Shown here one piece after another: positions 55,618 through 64,000 of a DNA stretch of 64,000 nucleotides; positions within the stretch are counted from its first letter, which is position 1; every line of letters begins with the position of its first letter. The notes below the pieces were generated by a model, which saw only the letters and a program-made list of their open reading frames with translations, was not told where the DNA came from and made no database searches. Source of the DNA: an uncultured Nitrososphaerales archaeon (GTDB lineage: Archaea > Thermoproteota > Nitrososphaeria > Nitrososphaerales > Nitrososphaeraceae). A program made the position numbers and the translations under genes. The stretch spans positions 202,801 through 266,800 of the forward strand of contig CAWJCY010000003.1 in NCBI GenBank assembly GCA_963841565.1. The letters are read 5' to 3'.

Positions 55618-57385
55618 TTAGCGCTTACTGGGGCAACCTAAATTGATCAGCTTAGGATTTGTTTCATAGATCCTCAGATCAACTGGACCATCATGGAATT
55701 CCTTCGACAATTTCATATAATCACTTGCGTGAAATTTTTGAAATAATTCCAAATCATTATAATAAGTAGACTCCTGTCCTTTAGTATACCATCTGCCTGG
55801 CAATTTGTCAGAAACAAAAATTGCATTTATCTCATAGTTCTTTACAATACATTTAGCCTCATTAGAATTAGGATCGTAAAGGATTCGATTTAGCTCACGG
55901 TTGATTATTCTATCCCGACCATTAAGGAATACTTCAATATCCGGAGAGACTGATTCAAATACACTGTTTTTGTCGTACACCTTAAACTTTAACCACGGGT
56001 TATGGCCTAATACAAGGATATTTCCAGTTATATTCTCTGAAATGTAACTATTTGCCTGTTCCAACGAAACAGTGTAATACTTTGCCAGTAGAGGATTGCT
56101 ATCATTCTGAAATCGATCACTATAATACAAGTAGTAGAGTGGCAAAATTAATGCGACAAATGCTACCATACAAACCAACGTAAGCTTAGAACTCTGAAGG
56201 GTGTAACTAAAATGTTTGTTCTGATCGCTTTCCTTTAACAATTTGGACGCCACCAACAGAATTACATTGGCTACACAAACACCAATTATGAGACCGTAAA
56301 GTACGCTTCAGCTCCCTTCCAAACCTTGCGCCTATCCAGTAACTAAAGTTAAAGATTGTAAAATATGCCACAACCCACATCGAAAACCAGCTAAAGAATT
56401 TGTAATTTATGAAAAGCAAAACTACCGTTGATATAGCGCCTGCGTAGTAAAGTAACGGCAAAAGTTGGCTGATAATCTGTTCTCTGGACCATGACTGAGA
56501 TACCGCTCCATTCACATCATTATTGATGAAAAGGGAGAAGGTAGGTATATAGAAAGCCACAACAGCAGGGATGCACAATATAGCACCCAGTAGAAGATAA
56601 TTTCTTAGTCCTTTTTTAAACCTAGAAATGTCATTAGATATGAGTAGGGACAGTAAATAGGACACGGTAGCAATTAAAGACATTACAAAGGAAAGGTTAT
56701 GAGTATAAGCTATTGTAGCTAGCAATATAGCCGAAATAATCCATTTGTTACTCAGTAAAAAATATACCAAGTATGGAAAAATCATCCACATAGCAAAGAC
56801 TTCTCCATATGTTCCGTCGTTGTAGAGCTTAACAATTGGAGATGATGAATAAATCAAGAACCCGAACGCCAACGCACTAATCAAAATGGAATAATAATGA
56901 AATTTCGGATTTACTCGAATTCGAAAGTAAAAATCCTTAGATTCAAAAGATCTCTGAATTATTTTCCTAATTGCAAATGCATAGCCAACAGAGCCTATTA
57001 TTGCACCAACAAACATTAAGCTAGCCATAACCACAATAACAGAAGTTGAAGAGTCAAAGTAGTGGCCTACAGCAGCGGCAAAGATTCCAACAACGATATG
57101 AAAAAATGAGGGATAGTATCCTGTGTTTTCTTCAGATAATCCCGAAAACTGGCTATATTGAATTAGCGGGTTGTGTGTCTCAATAATTTTCTTTATAAAG
57201 AATGCATGGTTAGCAGAGTCGGCCCCGGCGGGGATACCATCTTCTGGAAATAAGACATTGAATACAGCCAAATTAAAAGGTGTACTTACTATTAGGCACA
57301 ATACTGCATAGAGGAGACTAAATCGATAATTGACTATTATTCTTTTGAACCTGATAAATAGTACCTCGTTTGATTGTTCAGCCAA
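55618..57385 (-). CDS. Polytopic membrane protein, GT-C-fold glycosyltransferase-like, frameshifted near 56308
   Basis: First-loop motif GADSANH..YYPSFFH and many TM helices; removing one A restores RFGRELSVLYGLIIG and joins the two ORFs. Confidence 0.7.
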
Positions 57386-57679
57386 TATTTTTCTCCATCT
57401 TAATCCATTCCATCAATCTTGACGCTTATTCTCATTAATTTTAGTATGACACTTGGTAAACCCGTATTGTGCAAACAGTATAAGGGCTTAATTTTATTAT
57501 CACATCCTTTTCTCTCAAAGGATGAGAATGTTATAGTATTTAAAACAAAGAGAGAAATTCTCCTATAATTTCTTAAGTGATAAAATGGCTTCCCGTTAAG
57601 AGCTAATTGGACGATAATAGTCCCATTCACTTGCACTTGATAGACAACATTTTAAGAATCTTCCCTAAAATAAGTAATA

Positions 57680-59545
57680 GTGCCTAATCGAAATTCAAGA
57701 ATTATTCCAGTCGGGGGAATTAAATCCCCTCTTTCATTCACAAGTGATATAGCATTAATATTGATTATAATTTTCTATATATTTTCAATAGGATCATTTA
57801 TTGGACCAGATGTATATCACCTTGAGTTCCGTACCACGTATAAAAACCAATTTGACGACTTCGTCATTAGCGAAGGTATTGATCATATAATACTAATAGC
57901 TATTAGTAGTTTATGGTTCTTCATATTCTCTATAACCAAGAAATCGTATCTCTTTTTAGTATTGTACGTTGCAACGGTAATTATTGGAATACTAATTTTC
58001 AGTAAAAATCCTACGTTATTGGGAGCCCTGTGCTCTCTCCCTATGATAGCTATTTCGATGGTAGTGTGGACTAGATTGCACAAAAGAAATCACCGTTATT
58101 CGCAGTTATCGGAAACAATAAAGAATCCTGTATTTTTTTTATCAGCGTCAGTTATTATTTTAGCCTCTGTATCAGTTGGAGTATCTCTAATAGGTATCTT
58201 CTATTCTGACTCCTTGCATTCATACTTTCGGTTCGACTACGGTCAACATATTTTCCTTCTACTTTCCGCTTTATCTCCCATCCTGGTTGCATTGTTAGTT
58301 TTTTGTGTGCCAATAAGGATTGCCCTTTCAAGTATCATTGCGGTGCGTGGCTATCTTAATGCTAAACTTTCCTGGAATGCAAAGACCCATAAGATACCAG
58401 GAAAGATCAAGTTCCCAATCCTCGCTCTTATCATCACTGGATCGGTCATTTTCATTATGATTCCCTATTTTGTCTCATATCAAGAAGGAAACAATTATTC
58501 AGCAGTTGATGATTATTTGTACTACTCCAAATACATAGAGCAACTAAATTCTACCAAATCGCCTGCAGAATTTTTTACCTTACTATTCACTATCGCAAAC
58601 GGGGATAGGCCATTTTCTTTGCTCATACTGTACGCAATAAGCATATTCGTGCATATCGAAATTTCTTTCGAGATATTAACAATTATCATTTCTCCATTTT
58701 ATATAGTAACCATTTTTTTCTTCGTGGCAAAAATAACAGGTAACGACTATGTAGCTTTATTGGCTTCGCTACTTACAATATGTTCATTCCAATTAGTTTC
58801 TGGAATCTATGCAGGGTTTTATGCAAACCTAATTGCTTTGATACCTGGATTCATTTCGTTTATCATCTTAGTTAATGTTCTTAGCAAGCCATCAATGGGT
58901 AATATATCGTTATACCTCTTCACTCTAATTATACTCTTATTCTGTCATGTCTACACATGGAGTATTATTGTTCTTGTCACCATTATTTTCTTGCTATTAG
59001 ATCTGGTTAAGCATTATCATTTAAGAAAGTATGTTTTTGTGGCACTCCTAATTATATCTGCATCAGCAGTAATTGATATCGCCAGGATTTCTGTTACGGG
59101 GACTACAGGACTTGAGGAAGATATCAAAACAGTGAAAACTATATTCGGAATTGAAAATTATCCTAACCGTTGGGCTGAACTATCCCGTGTCTCATATGTT
59201 CATCTTGGTGGTCTACTAGGAAATTTTCTCATGCTATCCCTAGCTGTATATTTTGCGGTCACGATAAATGCGGAAAAGAACCCATTTCTATACATAATAC
59301 TAATATTCTTTTCAATAGGCCTATTTGGACTGTTTCTTGGTAACTATATCATGCTTAGTAGGCTCATTTTCAATATGCCAATACAGGTAGCAGCGGCGTT
59401 AAGCATTCTCAATATTAAGAATTATACGAAGAACTATACTCCTTCCATCGCAATAATTATTTCATTATTGGCCATTTCAGTTAGACAGTATCTTAATTTG
59501 GCAGAGGGACAGGAATTTGACACATACATACCAAATCTACAGTAA
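57680..59545 (+). CDS. Polytopic membrane protein, putative GT-C-like glycosyltransferase or polymerase
   Basis: 621 aa with many TM helices; AVDDYLYY..GDRPFSLL, GIYAGFYANLIAL, HVYTW; lies in a glycan locus. Confidence 0.65.
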   Translation: MPNRNSRIIPVGGIKSPLSFTSDIALILIIIFYIFSIGSFIGPDVYHLEFRTTYKNQFDDFVISEGIDHIILIAISSLWFFIFSITKKSYLFLVLYVATVIIGILIFSKNPTLLGALCSLPMIAISMVVWTRLHKRNHRYSQLSETIKNPVFFLSASVIILASVSVGVSLIGIFYSDSLHSYFRFDYGQHIFLLLSALSPILVALLVFCVPIRIALSSIIAVRGYLNAKLSWNAKTHKIPGKIKFPILALIITGSVIFIMIPYFVSYQEGNNYSAVDDYLYYSKYIEQLNSTKSPAEFFTLLFTIANGDRPFSLLILYAISIFVHIEISFEILTIIISPFYIVTIFFFVAKITGNDYVALLASLLTICSFQLVSGIYAGFYANLIALIPGFISFIILVNVLSKPSMGNISLYLFTLIILLFCHVYTWSIIVLVTIIFLLLDLVKHYHLRKYVFVALLIISASAVIDIARISVTGTTGLEEDIKTVKTIFGIENYPNRWAELSRVSYVHLGGLLGNFLMLSLAVYFAVTINAEKNPFLYIILIFFSIGLFGLFLGNYIMLSRLIFNMPIQVAAALSILNIKNYTKNYTPSIAIIISLLAISVRQYLNLAEGQEFDTYIPNLQ

Positions 59546-59605
59546 AATTCTGACCATCTGTATAATATACAATAACATCATTACCAATAATCGGCGATAA
59601 TACAT

Positions 59606-60766
59606 ATGAAGATATTATATATAAGTCAATTTTTTTCAGATTCTACTGGAGGTGGAGAGACTGTGATCTCAAATTTAGCAAAAGAAATGATCAATAGAGG
59701 TCACCTTGCGCATGTAATTTGTCATGATACTATGGAAAGAATTAATCCTTATCCTGGATTAGATATAACGTATGTAAAACCTCTCGTTACCCATAAAGGA
59801 GGGATACCACCGTCTATTCGACAAAATGCATTATATATGATAAATGCCATTAGTAAAGGCATTTGCTTAGCAAGAAAAAATGGAATCGACGTCATTCATT
59901 CGAATAGTCACAGTTCTATTATTCCAGGAACCGTAATATCCAAAATATGTAATATCCCTATAGTGAGCACAATTCACGACGTTTTTTCATTTAGCTCACC
60001 TGCTAGATGGAATAAATGGGCAGAACAATACAGTTTGTCCAAGGCATACACCATCCTTGGTCCTCTTTTTGAGAGAACAAATATTAGAATGCCAGTTGAC
60101 ATGATTCACGCGGTTAGTAGATCAACCAAGGATGAAATTCTTGAAATTAACCCTTCAGCACATATCATTGTAATACCTAATGCCATTAGCTCGCAGAATT
60201 TCTCAAAAATTGACTTATCTTTTGATAAATTTGTACTTTTTATTGGGAGATTGGTCTTCTATAAGAATTTAGAAGTTATCATATTAGCATTTCGATTAGT
60301 CCTCGAGGATCTTCCAGCCGCGAAATTCTTCATAATTGGTGATGGCCCAATGCGATCTAAATGGGAAGAACTAGTAATAAGTTACCGACTGTCTCAAAAC
60401 GTGATATTTCTTGGACATGTTTCAACCGAAAAGAAAAATGAAATGTTGAGTAAATGCTCTGCTCTCGTTTTCCCTAGCACTCATGAAGGTTTTGGTCTGG
60501 TTGTACTCGAATCTTTCCTAATGGGAAAACCAGTAATAGCGGCATCTGTGCGACCATTCGATGAAATAGTTCGAGACGGAGTCGATGGATACTTGATTCC
60601 ACCAGATAAACCAAAAAAATGGGCTGAGAAAATCATAGAATTGTTGAACCGAACTGCATTATCGAAGGATATGGGATCAAGAGGTAGAGAAAAGACTCTA
60701 TTTGAATACAATGTGATCAGAATTGCTGATGATATGGAGAACCTTTACAGATCCCTTATTAAGTAA
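59606..60766 (+). CDS. GT4-family glycosyltransferase
   Basis: GGGE, FIGRLVFYKN, GDGP, FPSTHEGFGLVVLESFLMGKPVIA. Confidence 0.95.
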   Translation: MKILYISQFFSDSTGGGETVISNLAKEMINRGHLAHVICHDTMERINPYPGLDITYVKPLVTHKGGIPPSIRQNALYMINAISKGICLARKNGIDVIHSNSHSSIIPGTVISKICNIPIVSTIHDVFSFSSPARWNKWAEQYSLSKAYTILGPLFERTNIRMPVDMIHAVSRSTKDEILEINPSAHIIVIPNAISSQNFSKIDLSFDKFVLFIGRLVFYKNLEVIILAFRLVLEDLPAAKFFIIGDGPMRSKWEELVISYRLSQNVIFLGHVSTEKKNEMLSKCSALVFPSTHEGFGLVVLESFLMGKPVIAASVRPFDEIVRDGVDGYLIPPDKPKKWAEKIIELLNRTALSKDMGSRGREKTLFEYNVIRIADDMENLYRSLIK

Positions 60767-60859
60767 CGCAATTGAGTTTTATTTCTTTCAAATTACTGAT
60801 AAATGTACAGAAAAATGTCTACTAAAGAGATATAAATGATCATTCAAAATGCATGATAG

Positions 60860-61708
60860 TTGAACGTGTTTTATGTGTACTATGCCGATTTACTTTATTT
60901 CATATTTATGCTTTTAATAAGAATTTTCTACAGAAAGGTTGAAAATATACACAATTCAAAGGCAGACTCCAGACACGGGACCATGATCAGGCTTTCGAAG
61001 GTAGCTGAGTGCATATTTTCTATGCTTTTGTTACTAGTCCCCCAGAAATATAGGTATGAGTACAGTAAAATAGTGTCGTACGATAACTGCAAGATAACGA
61101 TTAGGCCATTCATTTTTAGTGAGATACTCATGGTATCTGGTCGTTGGGAATTCTACGTCAAACAGATCCTTGATGATGAGCTAAAAAAAGATGATGTATT
61201 TGTTGACGTTGGCGCAAATATTGGTATTTATGCTGTGCCTTATGCTAAAAAGGTTAGGAGAATGATTGCCTTTGAACCAGATCCCGAGAGTGCCAAACTG
61301 CTCCTTCAAAGCATACAATTAAATGATGCATACAATATCGAATTGAGACAAAAAGTTATTGGAAGTACACCACAGAAAGTATGGTATTATCTTTCATCTG
61401 TTCCTATGACTTCTGGAATGAGTGTTGCAAATGAAAAACTCGGAGAATTAGAGGTGGAAACTACAGATCTAGATTCAGAACTGCTTCATGAAAGTAAAGT
61501 AGATTGGTTGTTGATTGACGTAGAGGGATCTGAAGTTGGCGTTTTGCGAGGTGCTAAGAAACTGTTAAGGGAATATTCGCCAAAAATTATTCTTGAGTGT
61601 AATAAGGAAAACATTACCATTGTCAGTGATATACTTGCAGAGGAAGGGTATCAAATTAGGAAGATCTATGGCATATATTATTCTTGCAACAAGATCCCGA
61701 TGAGCTGA
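60860..61708 (+). CDS. FkbM-family methyltransferase
   Basis: FVDVGANIGIY, AFEPDP, IDVEGSEVGVLRGA..PKIILE. Confidence 0.93.
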   Translation: MNVFYVYYADLLYFIFMLLIRIFYRKVENIHNSKADSRHGTMIRLSKVAECIFSMLLLLVPQKYRYEYSKIVSYDNCKITIRPFIFSEILMVSGRWEFYVKQILDDELKKDDVFVDVGANIGIYAVPYAKKVRRMIAFEPDPESAKLLLQSIQLNDAYNIELRQKVIGSTPQKVWYYLSSVPMTSGMSVANEKLGELEVETTDLDSELLHESKVDWLLIDVEGSEVGVLRGAKKLLREYSPKIILECNKENITIVSDILAEEGYQIRKIYGIYYSCNKIPMS

Positions 61709-61774
61709 CATTAGGAAGACTATCATGATCCCATTTTTGATGTCCTTTGATTTTTATAGACACATTTTTTTACA

Positions 61775-62969
61775 TTGGGTTACATTAGCTCAATATCCAT
61801 CAGAGCTGGGCGACTCCTTAATTTGAGCAAATTTTACAGGTTGTTAAATAGTATTGGACTAGAGAAGGGTCTAGCATATGTTTCGCTGGGAAATGCCGTC
61901 TACATTGCATTGAGTGCCATATTATGGCTTTATTTAGCGTCACAACTGGATCCTACTGCATACGGAGAAATTAACTATGAGGTCTCGGTTGTAACGATTC
62001 TCACCTCAATAGGGATAATGGGTTTTGATACTACGATTCCAGCTCTAGTTGCAAGAGGTACGTTGAAAGTAGAACAGGAGTCGATCAGTCTCATACTTTT
62101 GTCAGCCGTTACAATTTCGACGATATTGGTCGTAATATTCAATTCTATTTCCATGGCGGTCTTGCTCACCGGAATGCTCTTTTTTACATGGGTATCAGTT
62201 GACTACTTGGGAAGGCATGAATTTAAAAACTATATGATTATTATGGCCTTACAGAGAGGCCTCTCACTGGCAAGCGTCCCCCTGTTATATAGTGTGTTTT
62301 CCATTGATGGGGCAATTTATGGCTGGGGGATATCATATTTAGTCTTAAGCGCGCCGTTTTTCAAAATGATCAAGAAGTTTACGTTAACGTTTTTCACTGT
62401 AGTTAAGATTAAGTCATATTTTATTCATGCATATCTATTAGGGATCGCTAAGGCTTTTCCGTATTTTATAGATAAGGTTATCATCATGCCTTTATTTGGG
62501 GCTAGTACTGTTGGTTATTATCAGGTTGGAATACAGATCTCGATGGTTACATACATTATTCCTGTCGGGTTTATAGCTATCTATTACCAAAACAGGCCGC
62601 AGGAAACGAGGATTCTCGCTAAGGTCAAATGGTTGGGAATATTTGCTTCGATCCTTCTAACTTTACTATTATTCTTTACTCTCCCATATATAATAGTTAA
62701 TTACTTTCCCAATTTTGAGGCGGGTCTAACAGCTGCTCGGATAACGGTTTTTTCGAACATTCCTATTAGTATAAGTTCGATCTATAATTCAAACTTCATG
62801 GCCAAGGGAGAAAGTCGGCCCGTAGTCATTGGGATAGGGATTTTTGTGTCAATTCAGTTCTTTTTGAAAATTTATCTGAGAACATTTTTTATCTTAGCGG
62901 CATCCCATTAGCCACGTTATTGCGTTTTCAGCGCAATGTTTTTACCTTTATCGTAGGGGATCTCTGTAA
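61775..62969 (+). CDS. Wzx-like oligosaccharide flippase with indels near 62570, 62620 and 62900
   Basis: About 12 TM helices; YGEINY, IDKVIIMPLFG..VGYYQVG. YSYLLPKQAAG and the terminal VIAFSAQCFYLY lie in alternative frames. Confidence 0.85.
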
Positions 62970-63137
62970 ACGGAGCTAACTGATGACGGTTATGAATGAA
63001 AGTAAAGATGTTGCAATTTCAGGTCAGGCCCCCCTTTTGATTCTTGGCACGTAAATCTTAAATTGAGATTTCTTCGAAGATATAAGACACATGGTAAGGT
63101 AAATCACCCAATTTAACCCCGTATTTCACGTCAGCTA

Positions 63138-64000
63138 TCAGATAGAACCTATGGGTGGCTCATGCCGTACTACTCTTTCGGCAATAATTTCATTCACCGA
63201 CCTGATAATGGGTTGTAAACTTGACATAGTAGGCTTCCAGCCTTTAGATTTTGCTTTTTGTATATCTAATCTCATAGTCTTCACGTCGCCTTTCCAACCT
63301 CGACCATCTTTGTGTCGGTTTTTTCGAATTATATCAGTTCCTCTTCTCTTGAAAATCTCCAAGACTATCTTAGCGATCGACATGACATCTATCGTATCTT
63401 CAGATCCAACATTAATTACTTCGACCGGTCCATTCGGTTGAAACGCGCAAGCAATCATGCAATTGATGCAATCCGTCACATGAACATATGATTTATTTTG
63501 GGTACCATCACCCAAAATCTCAAATTCGTGTATGCGGTCAAGCGCGATCTCGACGAAATCCCAAATTATTCCATGTGTGCTTCTTTCTCCTATTACATTC
63601 GCTAGCCGGAAAATTATTGAGTTTATTCCATAATTATATGAGTAAGAAGAAATTAGTGCCTCGCATGCCAATTTTGATGCGCCGTACATCGATATTGGCG
63701 ACAAAGGTCCGTAGTTTTCAGGCGTGGGGATGAACGCGGTCTCCCCGTATACTGTTGAAGAAGATGTAAAAAATAAATTTTTCACATTGCTCTTTCTTAT
63801 ACACTCTAACAAGCAAAAAGTGCTGTGGATATTTTCTTCGTATGCAATTCCTGGGTATTGATATCCAGTTCTAACTTCGGGATTCGCGGCGACCTGAAAT
63901 ACTGTATCAATTCCAGTCAGCGCTCTTGATATTGATTCGCCATCAGATAAATTTGTCTTCTCAAACCAAAAATTAGGAGAGGAAAGATGTTTCTTGATAT
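63138..64000 (-). CDS. NAD-dependent sugar epimerase/dehydratase (GalE-like); 5' end lies beyond the window
   Basis: Frame open to the window edge: VFQVAANPEVR, FTSSSTVYG, YGASK, GDGTQNKSYVHV. Confidence 0.93.
   Translation of the reverse strand, partial: IKKHLSSPNFWFEKTNLSDGESISRALTGIDTVFQVAANPEVRTGYQYPGIAYEENIHSTFCLLECIRKSNVKNLFFTSSSTVYGETAFIPTPENYGPLSPISMYGASKLACEALISSYSYNYGINSIIFRLANVIGERSTHGIIWDFVEIALDRIHEFEILGDGTQNKSYVHVTDCINCMIACAFQPNGPVEVINVGSEDTIDVMSIAKIVLEIFKRRGTDIIRKNRHKDGRGWKGDVKTMRLDIQKAKSKGWKPTMSSLQPIIRSVNEIIAERVVRHEPPIGSI

Overview
This window of a low-GC archaeal genome looks like a soil ammonia-oxidising archaeon (Nitrososphaerales). That assignment is inferred from the TFB and CDC48 genes, the apparent leaderless TATA promoters and the many paralogues typical of this group (PQQ sugar dehydrogenases, cupredoxins, HtrA, FxLYD, wHTH, roadblock-like). 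The region is mostly accessory. The left part carries a membrane spermidine-synthase-like gene, tfb, cdc48, a short MCM-like AAA+ ATPase, a half-size CtaA, DedA, an HtrA with an altered active site, a cupredoxin, an F420 PPOX enzyme, a PQQ dehydrogenase, an RTX-like protein and a GT4. The middle has small regulators, small secreted, membrane and Zn-binding proteins, malic enzyme, Lrp, a class III cyclase and a second cupredoxin/HtrA pair. About 44.5-48.7 kb looks like a decayed island next to tRNA-Thr(GGT), with an integrase C-terminal remnant. The right end encodes a roughly 1180-aa secreted protein (discoidin domain, 7-bladed PLL-type lectin propeller, two copies of an uncharacterised beta-rich domain and an Ig-like domain) beside a surface-glycan locus (two GT-C-like proteins, GT4, FkbM methyltransferase, flippase, epimerase). 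About a dozen genes are broken by small indels, most of them probably long-read consensus errors. I found no rRNA, cas genes, true CRISPR array or intact transposase. All family calls rest on motif recognition by eye; no searches were run.
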